Assembly (NCBI GenBank): GCA_947629745.1
Contig: CANREZ010000001.1
Location: forward strand, 15,300-79,299
Reading direction: 5' to 3'
Length of the DNA stretch: 64,000 nt
Source: an uncultured Clostridia bacterium
GTDB taxonomy: Bacteria; Bacillota; Clostridia; Christensenellales; UBA1242
The position numbers and the translations under genes are program-made. This document shows positions 31,927 through 41,837 of the stretch, one piece after another; position 1 is the first letter of the stretch, and each line of letters opens with the position of its first letter. Under the pieces are notes generated by a model that was given only the letters and a program-made list of their open reading frames with translations, was not told the origin of the DNA and searched no databases.

Positions 31927-32241
31927 TTATTTTAATTTCTTAATAAGATCTACAATTGTGCGTTTGTTATCGCTAGATAGAGAGTTGAATAGATCTAGCA
32001 TATATTTATCGTCTTTGTTATACTCTTTACCTAGATAGAAAAAGTCCTGAATAGAAATATCCACGATATCGCAAAAATCCAAAAGGGTCTTTACTTTTAA
32101 TTCAATTTGTTTACTCTCGATAGTTTTCATAAATTGTGGATTCATACCTAGTCTACCACTAAGATCTCTCATAGATAAATTAGCTTTATTCCTAAAATAT
32201 CCAATCCTATTTATCACTTCATCATAATCTATCTTATCCAT
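31927..32241 (-). CDS. XRE-family helix-turn-helix transcriptional regulator
   Basis: 104 aa. The N-terminal HTH pattern is IGYFRNKANLSMRDLSGRLGMNPQFMKTIESKQ. Confidence 0.75.
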   Translation of the reverse strand: MDKIDYDEVINRIGYFRNKANLSMRDLSGRLGMNPQFMKTIESKQIELKVKTLLDFCDIVDISIQDFFYLGKEYNKDDKYMLDLFNSLSSDNKRTIVDLIKKLK

Positions 32242-32440
32242 ATCATCACCTCTTTCTTATATTCTAAGATACTTTCTCAATCTTATTGAAAGAGTGATTA
32301 CACCAAATTTTAGTAAATTAACTATTTTTGATATACTCATTGTCTCATTTATGATATATTGTATTTATAATTAGTATAATTTGTTTTAATGATTGTCTCA
32401 TTTAACCAATTTTATACTATTCAATATATCAGGATGTTAG

Positions 32441-32905
32441 ATGGGAAATAGAACTGCCTTTATTGGTCATAGACATATTTTTGATAAAAACATTAGTGAG
32501 AAGTTACGAGATGCAATAATACAAGAAATTAATAATGGATGCAAACATTTTGTAGTAGGCACCCATGGAGATTTTGATCGAGCGGCACTCAATGTTTGTC
32601 GCAAACTTCGAGAGGATTATAAGGACATAAATATAGATGTAGTAATCACAAGTTTATCACAAATAAAATATAATAATAGCGTTGACTATTTGCCTAGTCC
32701 ATATAGTGACACAAATATAATAATGTATGAGATAGAGGAAACTCATTTTAAAAGAAAAATTATTGAAAGTAACAAACAAATGATTGATTCTTGTGATACT
32801 CTAATATGCTTTGTTGATGAGAATTATAAATATTCAAGTGGCGCAAAAAATGTATATCAGTATGCTAAGAAAAAAGGATTACACATTGTAAACCTCCATT
32901 CCTAG
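32441..32905 (+). CDS. SLOG-fold protein (YpsA/DUF1273-like)
   Basis: 154 aa. The TAFIGHR ... FVVGTHGDFDRAALNVCRKL ... pattern resembles DUF1273/SLOG Rossmann-like proteins. It is divergent from the XRE gene. Confidence 0.45.
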   Translation: MGNRTAFIGHRHIFDKNISEKLRDAIIQEINNGCKHFVVGTHGDFDRAALNVCRKLREDYKDINIDVVITSLSQIKYNNSVDYLPSPYSDTNIIMYEIEETHFKRKIIESNKQMIDSCDTLICFVDENYKYSSGAKNVYQYAKKKGLHIVNLHS

Positions 32906-33011
32906 ACACCCACAAGTTTAAGTATCTTCATAAAGCACTCTATTTTAAGTGATTATGATAAGCAAAATTGTTATAAAATCATATCTGATACTCTTATATC
33001 TTATCCTTATA

Positions 33012-33068
33012 GACGCCCACGAGTTCGGGGAGCTGGCAACTTTCGTTGTCTAAGGGAATTGAGCAAAC
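33012..33068 (+). repeat. Degenerate solo arm of the repeat family
   Basis: The sequence reads GACGCCCACGAGTTCGGGGAGCTG-GCAACTTTCGTTGT-CTAAGGGAATTGAGC. Confidence 0.75.
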
Positions 33069-33140
33069 TTTTCACTACCTTTCATTCGTGCATTCTGTCC
33101 TCTTATATTTTTTAATTCTATCAATATTATCTCTTCCTTA

Positions 33141-33210
33141 TTAGGCCGCCCTTAGTAAGGGGGCTGGCGGTGAAACCGCCTGAAGGGATTGAGCGGGCTT
33201 ATGTGCTTAC
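33141..33210 (+). repeat. Solo arm of the repeat family
   Basis: The sequence reads TTAGGCCGCCCTTAGTAAGGGGGCTG-GCGGTGAAACCGC-CTGAAGGGATTGAGCGGGCTTATGTGCTTAC. Confidence 0.85.
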
Positions 33211-33375
33211 ATCATATGCCAACTCTTCACTCAAAAGAAAATTGATTGTAAGGAACGCAGTGACGGAATAACGAGCACAAGTATCCTACATTAGTATAGT
33301 ACGCTTAATGCGAGTGTCACATAATTCGGCGTCCGGCTTTTCGCGCCACGCTATGCGGCGAGATATTATAGACAT

Positions 33376-33409
33376 AAAAAATGCACATTTATTTAATGTG
33401 CAATTTTTT
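33376..33409. terminator. Hairpin terminator downstream of tRNA-Ser
   Basis: A TGCACATT...AATGTGCA stem is flanked by an A-run and a T-run. Confidence 0.6.
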
Positions 33410-33434
33410 GTGGCTCATTCAACGAGCCGCAAGC

Positions 33435-33524
33435 TGGCGCAGAGAATAGGATTTGAACCTACGGAACCCTTCCGGGTTCGCACGCTTTCCAAGCGTGTGC
33501 CTTAAACCACTCGACCATCTCTGC
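33435..33524 (-). tRNA. tRNA-Ser (anticodon GGA), CCA encoded
   Basis: The reverse complement folds by eye as a tRNA. Acceptor stem GCAGAGA/TCTCTGC; anticodon arm CACGC-TTGGAAA-GCGTG; a long variable arm; T-arm GTAGGTTCAAATCCTAT; and 3' GCCA. Confidence 0.85.
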
Positions 33525-33675
33525 ATATAACTTTTCGCCTAAAAGAAGATTGCAATGTGACACAATAAATTTCTAGGTCAGTCACATTATATCAAAAAAT
33601 TTTCTTTGTTGCAATATTTTATTGAGATAATTATAATTATTTGATTTTTCTAGCAAAATATTTTACAATATTTGC

Positions 33676-34194
33676 ATGATAACAAATACGACGAAATTAA
33701 CCAAAACTATTCTACAAAAGCTAAGCTATCCCTTTGCCTTTCGCGCATTTTTGATGCTAGGCATAGTGAATGTGATAGTGGGAACATTGTGTATAATAGG
33801 TGTTATATTCGTGCCGGATATAAAATCGACTATAATATTTTGCCTAGTGATAGTGAGTGTGTGCGATATAGCTATGGTGCTAATACAAGTAGCTGCCCGC
33901 AAAATGAATTCAAAAGTCGCTGCAGAAAATATAACCTATCAATACACCTTTGACAAAAATGGGTTTGTGATACACATTGACCGCGGAGAACTATCTAATA
34001 ATAGGAATTTCCGCTACAATGAGTTTAGGAAGTTTATCGACCGACCAGATGTAATCATTTTGATGCAAGCTCCTCGATCAATGCTCCCGATAGACAAATC
34101 TGGCATGAGCGAGCAAGATCTCATGATCCTCTATGGATTGCTTTGTGATAACATGAAAGGCCATATCAGGAATATCAAATATAAGAAAAAATAA
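33676..34194 (+). CDS. YcxB-like membrane protein
   Basis: 172 aa with two N-terminal TM helices followed by a small soluble domain. The family call is tentative. Confidence 0.4.
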   Translation: MITNTTKLTKTILQKLSYPFAFRAFLMLGIVNVIVGTLCIIGVIFVPDIKSTIIFCLVIVSVCDIAMVLIQVAARKMNSKVAAENITYQYTFDKNGFVIHIDRGELSNNRNFRYNEFRKFIDRPDVIILMQAPRSMLPIDKSGMSEQDLMILYGLLCDNMKGHIRNIKYKKK

Positions 34195-34200
34195 TTAATT

Positions 34201-34226
34201 AAAAAGGCATCCACAGGATGCCTTTT
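34201..34226. terminator. Bidirectional terminator between convergent genes
   Basis: A GGCATCC-ACA-GGATGCC stem is flanked by an A-run and a T-run. Confidence 0.65.
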
Positions 34227-34299
34227 CTTTTCTATATTTAATATCGTATTTACAATATAATTTTTATTTAATCTCGTCATATTTTTTACTACACAAATA

Positions 34300-36660
34300 T
34301 TATTCTTCCCAAAGGAAGTTTTCAATTTCTGGCATATCCACGCCGTATTCGGTGACGTAGGCTTTGTGCTCGCGGAGTTTCTCATCCATGATATCGCAAA
34401 TGCGTTCTCTCTCCATGTCATCCATATCTAGGTACTGAAGACATTTTTTCACCAAGTGGAATCTATCCACATGATTTCTCACGCGCATATCAAATGGCGT
34501 GGTGATAGCACCCTCTTCCCTATAACCAACCACATGAATATTGTTGTTCGTGCGGTTGTATGTTAGCTGGTGAATGAGCGAGCCATAGCCATGGAAATTG
34601 AATATAATTGGCTTGTTAGTAGTGAATATCTTGTCATACTCTGCATCGGTCATGCTGTGTGGATAGTTCTTGGATAATTTCAGTAAATCCACGACGTTTA
34701 CAAACCTCACATTGAGGCGTGGCAAATATTTCTTTAGCAGAGAAATAGTAGCAAGTCCCTCGATAGTAGGAGTAGACCCACAAGTGACTAGCACTAGGTC
34801 CGGATCATCCTGATCATTCATGCCAGCCCATTTGAATACTCCAACGCCGGCTTTCACTAAGGCTTTTGCTTCCTTCATGCTTAGCCACTGCGCAGTTGGA
34901 TGTTTCGATGCTACCATGATATTTATTCTATTCTTCGACTTAGTGCATTCGTCATACACTGCAATAAGTGTATTGGCGTCAGCAGGCAGGTACATTCTAA
35001 CTCCTCCCACATATTTTGTCACCATATGATCGAGGAACCCTGGATCTTGGTGAGTGAAGCCATTGTGGTCCTGCTGCCAGACGTTGCTAGTAAGAAGTAA
35101 ATTTAGCGAAGATATTGGTGCGCGCCATGGGATATCGTCGCACATAGATAACCACTTTGCGTGCTGGGTAACCATGCTATCCACCACCCTTATGAAGGCT
35201 TCATAGCTATCGAACATGCCATGTCTACCTGTGAGTAAATATCCCTCCAGCCAACCCTCGCACATATGCTCGGATAAGTAGGAATCCATTATCCTGCCAT
35301 CGCGTGCTAATTTGTCATCATCAGGCAAAATAGTTGCGTTGAAGTCGCGATTCTCAGCATCAAACACACGGTAAAGTCTATTGCTCATAGCCTCGTCTGG
35401 GCTAAATATCCTATAATTCTTATTCTTTTCATTCAGTTTGAAAACATCTCTAATGTAGCCGCCAAGTTCTAGCATATCCTGAGTCATGTGATGACCACGT
35501 TTGCCTATCTTTATCTCATAGTCCTCGACCTTTGGCGTCTTTAGAGGTTTCAATAATTTGCCACCATTTGCATATGGGCTAGCGCTGATGCGTTTGTCCC
35601 CTGTTGGCAATATCTCGCGCAAATCTTCGCGTAGCCTATAATCCTTGTCAAATACTTTCTCTGGGTGATAACTAGTTAGCCATGCCTCAAGCATTGCTAT
35701 ATCCTCATCATTATCAATAGTTAGTGGCACTTGGTGGGCACGGAATGTCCCCTCAATTTTCTTGCCATCCACTACTTTTGGTCCTGTCCAACCCTTTGGA
35801 GTGCGGAGGATGATCATTGGCCAAGATGGCCTTGCAAAATGTTTGCTGGTGCGAGCCTGCTCCCAAATATCTCGGATAGACTCAATACATATATCCATAG
35901 TCTTTGCCATAGCAGCGTGCATACTGCTTGCATCCGACCCTTCCACAAAATATGGCGTATAACCATATCCCTCAAACAATTTCTTTAGTTCACTAGATGA
36001 TAGTCTAGATAGTATCGTTGGATTATTTATCTTGTAACCATTTAGATGCAGTATTGGTAGCACTGCCCCGTCGGTCTTTGGATTAACGAATTTGTTACTA
36101 TGCCAAGATGTGGCAAGTGGCCCAGTCTCGGCCTCACCATCGCCCACAATTACTGCTGCGATGAGATTTGGGTTATCGAATATCGCGCCATATCCATGGG
36201 CGAGACTATAACCTAACTCCCCACCCTCATTTATCGACCCTGGAGTCTCAGGTGTACAATGCGAACCAATCCCCCCTGCGAATGAGAATTGCTTGCAAAG
36301 TCTCTTCATGCCGTCATGGTCGGCTGATATATTTGGATAATACTCGCTATATGTCCCCTCTAGATAACTATTTGCCACAAAGAAATTCCCGCCATGACCT
36401 GGACCAGATAGCAGTATGATATCTTGGTCGTATTTTTTTATAACACGGTCTAGATGCGCATAGACGAAGTTTTGCCCCGGCACTGTGCCCCAGTGACCGA
36501 CGATCTTTTGCTTGATATCCGCCCTGCATAATGGGTGGTCACGAAGTAGTGGATTGTCCCTAAGGTACAATTGTGCGGCCGACAAATAATTTGCCGCATT
36601 CCAATACTCGTTTAATTTCTTCAGATATTCCGTAGTGCTAAAATAATCTTTTGTCTTCAT
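34300..36660 (-). CDS. xfp: Xylulose-5-phosphate/fructose-6-phosphate phosphoketolase
   Basis: 786 aa. The N-terminus has the characteristic YWNAANYLSAAQLYLRDNPLL and GHWGTVPG blocks. ThDP-binding regions are present. Confidence 0.92.
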   Translation of the reverse strand: MKTKDYFSTTEYLKKLNEYWNAANYLSAAQLYLRDNPLLRDHPLCRADIKQKIVGHWGTVPGQNFVYAHLDRVIKKYDQDIILLSGPGHGGNFFVANSYLEGTYSEYYPNISADHDGMKRLCKQFSFAGGIGSHCTPETPGSINEGGELGYSLAHGYGAIFDNPNLIAAVIVGDGEAETGPLATSWHSNKFVNPKTDGAVLPILHLNGYKINNPTILSRLSSSELKKLFEGYGYTPYFVEGSDASSMHAAMAKTMDICIESIRDIWEQARTSKHFARPSWPMIILRTPKGWTGPKVVDGKKIEGTFRAHQVPLTIDNDEDIAMLEAWLTSYHPEKVFDKDYRLREDLREILPTGDKRISASPYANGGKLLKPLKTPKVEDYEIKIGKRGHHMTQDMLELGGYIRDVFKLNEKNKNYRIFSPDEAMSNRLYRVFDAENRDFNATILPDDDKLARDGRIMDSYLSEHMCEGWLEGYLLTGRHGMFDSYEAFIRVVDSMVTQHAKWLSMCDDIPWRAPISSLNLLLTSNVWQQDHNGFTHQDPGFLDHMVTKYVGGVRMYLPADANTLIAVYDECTKSKNRINIMVASKHPTAQWLSMKEAKALVKAGVGVFKWAGMNDQDDPDLVLVTCGSTPTIEGLATISLLKKYLPRLNVRFVNVVDLLKLSKNYPHSMTDAEYDKIFTTNKPIIFNFHGYGSLIHQLTYNRTNNNIHVVGYREEGAITTPFDMRVRNHVDRFHLVKKCLQYLDMDDMERERICDIMDEKLREHKAYVTEYGVDMPEIENFLWEE

Positions 36661-36743
36661 ATTTGCTCCCTATACTACTCCTATTATACCCTAAATGTTC
36701 ATTAGGATAAAAACATTTTAGTGAATTACTATCCAAACTTTTA

Positions 36744-36779
36744 TAAAAAAAAGATGGGCCAAAAAAACTTGACCCATCT
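36744..36779 (-). terminator. Intrinsic terminator after the 36795..37265 gene
   Basis: On the minus strand, an AGATGGG...CCCATCT stem is followed by an 8-nt T-run. Confidence 0.6.
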
Positions 36780-36794
36780 ATGTAATGCAAAAAT

Positions 36795-37265
36795 TTATTT
36801 CTTAGATGCTAACAAACCAAATACGCCTGATAGTATCAGTAGCATCTCAAGGAATCCACCAACGCCTGGCGTGACGAATGATGACATCTGGCCAAAAGTC
36901 GTCATGGTAGCATAAATAGTAACGAATGCTAAGATGGTGTAGACGATTGCAAGTACTAAAGTTGCAATAGCAGCAATCTTCTTGACTAGTGCAATCCAAT
37001 TGCCTTTTACGCCAGCAACTTCTAGGATGAACATCACAAAGTAGCATGCCACAGTAACTAGCAACACAATAGCTAGCACATATAGCACAGTGCAAAGAGC
37101 GCCATTCTTTAATCCTGTTGTATCAAAGAAGAAGTCTAGTGCATTTGTCTCTGTTCTGTCACCAACTGATACAGCGCCCATGAGCATGCTGACAAATGGA
37201 GCAAAGAATGCTACACAGCCAAACACCAAAGCTAGTATGTTAAATACTAATTTCTTACCTTTCAT
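36795..37265 (-). CDS. Small integral membrane protein (about 4 TM helices)
   Basis: 156 aa, hydrophobic throughout. The family is unknown. Confidence 0.55.
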   Translation of the reverse strand: MKGKKLVFNILALVFGCVAFFAPFVSMLMGAVSVGDRTETNALDFFFDTTGLKNGALCTVLYVLAIVLLVTVACYFVMFILEVAGVKGNWIALVKKIAAIATLVLAIVYTILAFVTIYATMTTFGQMSSFVTPGVGGFLEMLLILSGVFGLLASKK

Positions 37266-37408
37266 TATCGCATTACCCTCCTTATAATATTTGGATAATG
37301 TGATAACAACGCTAAAAATTCGCAGATCTTTTCACACATCCACCTTAGTATAACAAATATGAAATAATCTAGCAAATATATACCTACAATTATCCAAACA
37401 ATTTTACC

Positions 37409-38266
37409 TTAGGACTTATCCTGAGTAGTGTATTTTAGGAAAGTCGGCTCGCATGTTAGTGTCTTGCCATTTAGATAACTAAGTGCACTATCCCCAAAAT
37501 TTAGCGTGAGAGAATATGCACATAAGCATTGCTTCTTGACACCAAAGTGTGCGTTTGTGTCATGGTCTCCATACTTTTCGTCGCCAATTACTGGATAACC
37601 CAGATAACTTAGATGTGCGCGGATCTGATGGGTCCTACCCGTGCCAAGCACCACCTCGACTAGTGTAGTAGTATTGTAATGCTCCAGTGGAACAATCGTT
37701 GTGATAATTTCTTTGCTATCTGCAACCTTAGATCTTGTAATATGCACAGTGGAGTTTGCGGCATCCTTAGTTAAATACGCCTTGTATGTTCTTGATTTAC
37801 CGCTTATTATGCCTGATACCCAGGCTAGATATTTCTTCACAATTAGTTTATTCTTTATAGCGCGGGATGCGATATTTTCTGCTTCCCTGGTCCTTGCGAA
37901 TATCACCAATCCCTCAGTATTCCTATCCAGTCTATGGATAGGATATATCTCCCCATATGTTTCACGCAGGATATCCGCCAAGTTTTCCTCGCCATCGCAC
38001 GTCTCGATATTATTAGGCTTCACCACCACTAAAATATTCTCATCCTCAAAGGCAACTGAATAATTGCACTTGTGGGTATCAAAATTGTAATACACGGCAA
38101 CCGTGTCACCCACGTTTAGCCTAATATCCTCACCTACACGCTTGCCATTTACCTTGATATCACGCTTGCGAAGTAACTTGCTAAAAGTATTGTGATTGAT
38201 ACTAGGCGCGACACTCGATATATATCTAGACAACCTAAAAGATTTTTCTACAACAAACTCTCTCAT
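37409..38266 (-). CDS. RluA-family pseudouridine synthase with an N-terminal S4-like domain
   Basis: It has the HRLDRNTEGLVIFA catalytic Asp motif and GRTHQIRAHL. Confidence 0.85.
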   Translation of the reverse strand: MREFVVEKSFRLSRYISSVAPSINHNTFSKLLRKRDIKVNGKRVGEDIRLNVGDTVAVYYNFDTHKCNYSVAFEDENILVVVKPNNIETCDGEENLADILRETYGEIYPIHRLDRNTEGLVIFARTREAENIASRAIKNKLIVKKYLAWVSGIISGKSRTYKAYLTKDAANSTVHITRSKVADSKEIITTIVPLEHYNTTTLVEVVLGTGRTHQIRAHLSYLGYPVIGDEKYGDHDTNAHFGVKKQCLCAYSLTLNFGDSALSYLNGKTLTCEPTFLKYTTQDKS

Positions 38267-38400
38267 ACACCTATTATAAACTCTAAAACATAATTTTACA
38301 AAATATTGTAACTAAATCTTTTAAAGTATGTCACATTTTGGTCTAATTATTTGGAGAAAACTCTTCTAAATTATATAATATATATGTGAGGTGAAATATT

Positions 38401-39132
38401 ATGTCAAATACACCAACTCCGCACAATAGTGCAAATATAGGAGACTTTGCAAAAGTCGTCATCATGCCAGGTGATCCACTAAGGGCTAAGATGATCGCAA
38501 AGAATTTCCTAAATAAATACAAACTAGTCAACGACGTCCGTGGCATACAGGGTTATACCGGATACTACAAGGGAACGAAAGTATCCGTCATGGCCTCAGG
38601 CATGGGCGCACCTAGCATGGGGATATACAGTTATGAATTATTCAATTACTATGGCGTGGACTACATCATCCGTGTGGGTAGCGCTGGAGGATATCTAGAC
38701 ACATTAGATCTAGGCGATATAGTGATTGGAGAAAAGATAGTAACTGATACTAATTATCGCGGTCTCGTGACAAAAAACAACGGTCTCGTGACATTAAAAT
38801 GTGATGAAGTGTTAAGAGATATTACACTTGCTATAGCAAAGGACAAGGGACTAAACACTGTGTGTGGCAAGATATTATCCACTGACACATTCTATGAGTC
38901 GGATATCTCGCCGAAGATGGCTGCAAGTAGGAAATATCTAGCAGTGGAGATGGAGAGTGGCGCACTGTATTATAACGCCGACACATCACACAAACACGCA
39001 ATAACCATTTGCACCATATCTGACCTACCACTAAAGAATATTGCAAGTGACAGTCTCACTAGGCAAAATACTTACTCGGATATGATCACTCTAGCGCTGG
39101 ATGTGGCAAAATGTATAATTGATTCTAAATAA
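38401..39132 (+). CDS. deoD: Purine nucleoside phosphorylase, DeoD type
   Basis: 243 aa. Blocks seen: VIMPGDPLRAKMIA, GYTGYYKGTKVSVMASGMGAPS and VEMESGALY. Confidence 0.88.
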   Translation: MSNTPTPHNSANIGDFAKVVIMPGDPLRAKMIAKNFLNKYKLVNDVRGIQGYTGYYKGTKVSVMASGMGAPSMGIYSYELFNYYGVDYIIRVGSAGGYLDTLDLGDIVIGEKIVTDTNYRGLVTKNNGLVTLKCDEVLRDITLAIAKDKGLNTVCGKILSTDTFYESDISPKMAASRKYLAVEMESGALYYNADTSHKHAITICTISDLPLKNIASDSLTRQNTYSDMITLALDVAKCIIDSK

Positions 39133-39140
39133 AAAATAAA

Positions 39141-39167
39141 GATAGATGGGACTCATCTATCTTTTTT
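39141..39167 (+). terminator. Intrinsic terminator after deoD
   Basis: A GATAGATG...CATCTATC stem is followed by TTTTTT. Confidence 0.7.
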
Positions 39168-39305
39168 ATGCAATAATGTCTTCCACAATAATTATATATC
39201 TAAATTTATATTCATTTTGCATTGATACTAACAGCGCACTATATTTGCTTGCAATTATATATTCTTGCAAACGACTAGCCTATTTATGCTTTCACTAAAA
39301 TATTT

Positions 39306-40091
39306 TTATTTATATTTTTTGTTCAGCTTTTGTTGGCGAATCCAAGTGCTCATCACGAATTTGTGTGGCATTAGTTTTACCATTAGACACTGCATCTTTG
39401 ACTTCATGCCGATGACAGCAAGGTCTTTCCTCTTCATAGCAGCGCGCATTGCGTGATCTGCCACATATTCTGGCGTGTACATTGCAGTATATTTAGTGAC
39501 AACCTCGTTTTTTGCCTTAGTATCTTTTGCGCGGTCGAAGAATTTTGTCTTGGTCCAGAATGGGCAGATGGTGGTGACAGAGATTTTCCTGCTTTTTAGT
39601 TCCCTATTTAGTGCACGGCTGTAGCTTATGACAAAAGCTTTTGTTGCGCCGTATGTTGCAATATATGGGATAGGCTGCCAACCGGCTACGCTAGATATTT
39701 GCACTATTCTGCCACCCTCGTGCATGAATGGTAGCACGCGCTCTGTCATAACGAGCAATGCTTTGCAATTGAGGTCCACCATGTTTGCCGATTGCTTCAC
39801 GTCTATTTCGTCATATCTGCCGAATTTCCCGAATCCGCTTACATTGAATAACCAAGCTACATCACATTGCTCATCATTTAGTTTATTTACTATGTTATCT
39901 ATGCTGTCATCTTTTGTCAGGTCACAGGCAAATATCTGAGTAGGCGTATTACACTGTCTAGCAGTTTCATTCAATCCCTCAATATCTAGGGCCACTAGCC
40001 ACATCTCATCTAGCCCCATATGATCGACACGATTGACAAATTCCTTGCCAATACCACTCGATGCTCCGGTAATTATTGCGATTCTCTTCAT
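39306..40091 (-). CDS. Short-chain dehydrogenase/reductase (SDR) family oxidoreductase
   Basis: It has the TGASSGIGKEF cofactor motif and a YxxxK motif (YGATKAF). Confidence 0.85.
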   Translation of the reverse strand: MKRIAIITGASSGIGKEFVNRVDHMGLDEMWLVALDIEGLNETARQCNTPTQIFACDLTKDDSIDNIVNKLNDEQCDVAWLFNVSGFGKFGRYDEIDVKQSANMVDLNCKALLVMTERVLPFMHEGGRIVQISSVAGWQPIPYIATYGATKAFVISYSRALNRELKSRKISVTTICPFWTKTKFFDRAKDTKAKNEVVTKYTAMYTPEYVADHAMRAAMKRKDLAVIGMKSKMQCLMVKLMPHKFVMSTWIRQQKLNKKYK

Positions 40092-40648
40092 TTATTCTCC
40101 TCCAATTTACTTTCAAAAACTACTGTTTGGTAAGTCCTTTTCATGTATTTCCTATTAAATATATATTTCTCGCCGTGCTCGGCAAGGTCCTTCACACATT
40201 GTAGGATAAACGCTTTGATCTTAGGATGAACTATTAGGTATTCTAATATCTTTGTCTGATACTCTAGTGGTGCGGTGACAGTAAAATCTTTTCCCTTGTA
40301 TGCTTTACTTGCAGAAATACTATCACAAATGTATTCCACAGCATATTTGTATGGAATGATTATTGGCTCTTTGTTTTGGAAGTCATACCAATACTCCAGA
40401 TGGTGTTTGTTCCTACCCTTGTGATGTAGCCATGCTAGGCTGTAACCACGATCTTGCCTGCAATCATTGATAGGTGAATGTGTACCATTGTAGTACTTCA
40501 CACTCTCAAAAAATTCCGTAGGACTGTATTTGGATAAGTCATGCACCAGTCCTCGCCAAGGCATGCCACATCTTAGGCAATATCTAAAGACTAGGAATCT
40601 ATGCTTATTCACTTTGTGAAAATGTCGTATAGCCTTAAATTTCATCAC
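40088..40648 (-). CDS. DUF5662-like protein (His-rich, HDLSKY ... HHKGRNKHHLEYW)
   Basis: 186 aa. The motif pattern matches my memory of the DUF5662 family. It has a 4-nt ATGA overlap with the downstream SDR gene. Confidence 0.5.
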   Translation of the reverse strand: MMKFKAIRHFHKVNKHRFLVFRYCLRCGMPWRGLVHDLSKYSPTEFFESVKYYNGTHSPINDCRQDRGYSLAWLHHKGRNKHHLEYWYDFQNKEPIIIPYKYAVEYICDSISASKAYKGKDFTVTAPLEYQTKILEYLIVHPKIKAFILQCVKDLAEHGEKYIFNRKYMKRTYQTVVFESKLEENK

Positions 40649-40843
40649 TTTTCCTCTGTATAGTAGATTATATCATAAGCTTGGGTAAAAATTATATCAA
40701 AAAAGCGCACATTGTAGGAAAATGCACAACCTTTGCATAAATACAGCTTGTACTAATTCATATAATGGACGAAATTGTTTGCTTAAAATTATAATATTTG
40801 TTATATTTAAAGTGTAAAATATAGATATTAATAGGAGAATAAA

Positions 40844-41755
40844 ATGGGATTACTTTTTAACTCACGCAGATACAGTGACCGCTTCCGCACGAGAATCCAA
40901 CATTCGAAGTTGTATCGCGCATTACTATCCACTGCTATCACAGGATTGCTTGTGGCAGTTGGTTTCATCATTACTCAATTTACTGGGCTTCTGCCAAACA
41001 ATCGTTACATCGTATTTGCGCTCGCTTGTGTGGCAATACTATGTATGGGTTGTTTATTAACTCTTCCATGGGTGGAGAGACTTGAGAAGAAGAAATTAGT
41101 CAAGACGTCGATTGTCTTCCTCTCACTAATTGGTGTAGCTGTAATACTTTGGATCACATCAGCTATAGTCATCCTCTGCCTGTACAATGTAGTGTCAAAG
41201 GGTGGAGACCTAGAGGATCATGTCGGACAATTCGCATCATCCACTATATTCCTACAAATAGTTGTCATATTCTCACTACAATTTGTGGTGGCAACCCTCG
41301 TCGGCACGAACGTCCTTCGTTACAAAAAGTCTTGGGTTGTATTCCAAGGCGTGATGTATGCGAGCTACTTATTCATCGACTTCTACCTAACATATGCTCT
41401 ATGCATGGTGAAGATCACTGCTTCTACTGAGAATATGATAGACTTCCGCCAAGGCAGTGCACTGCTATTGAATAGATATGTCATAGGCATACTTGCTCTA
41501 GCTGTCGTGTATAGCTTACTTGCAACACTTATCATCAACCGCGTAGATTATAGGCGTGGACATTCAGTGATACAAGCAGTGGAAGATACTGTAGGTGACG
41601 ATGATGACGACGATGACGATGATAACAATCGTTCAAAGAAACCTGAGTCAACTACCAAGGAAAAACTCGCCGAGCTAAAGGAAATGCTCGACCAAGGCTT
41701 AATCACTGAAGAAGAATACAATCAAAAACGCGAAGACCTACTAAATAAGATGTAA
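40844..41755 (+). CDS. Multi-pass membrane protein with a poly-Asp linker and a C-terminal SHOCT domain
   Basis: About 6 TM helices, then a DDDDDDDDD run, then KEKLAELKEMLDQGLITEEEYNQKREDLLNKM, which is the SHOCT signature. Confidence 0.6.
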   Translation: MGLLFNSRRYSDRFRTRIQHSKLYRALLSTAITGLLVAVGFIITQFTGLLPNNRYIVFALACVAILCMGCLLTLPWVERLEKKKLVKTSIVFLSLIGVAVILWITSAIVILCLYNVVSKGGDLEDHVGQFASSTIFLQIVVIFSLQFVVATLVGTNVLRYKKSWVVFQGVMYASYLFIDFYLTYALCMVKITASTENMIDFRQGSALLLNRYVIGILALAVVYSLLATLIINRVDYRRGHSVIQAVEDTVGDDDDDDDDDNNRSKKPESTTKEKLAELKEMLDQGLITEEEYNQKREDLLNKM

Positions 41756-41802
41756 AAATACATCTTAAAAAATATAGATAATAAATATCTATAAAATAAA
41801 AA

Positions 41803-41837
41803 TAAAAAAAAGACTATCAAGCGATAGTCTTTTTTTA
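41803..41837. terminator. Bidirectional terminator between convergent genes
   Basis: An AGACTATC-AAGC-GATAGTCT stem is flanked by an A-run and a T-run. Confidence 0.7.

Noticed and set aside
33141-33195. I noticed a resemblance between GCTGGCGG...CCGCCTGA and the ZTP (pfl) riboswitch pseudoknot, or to a hammerhead CUGAUGA core.
   Set aside because: The GGCGG/CCGCC stem is replaced by unrelated sequences in other copies. The remaining conserved positions do not match the riboswitch or ribozyme cores as I remember them. The genomic contexts, including convergent gene ends, are also wrong for a cis-regulator.
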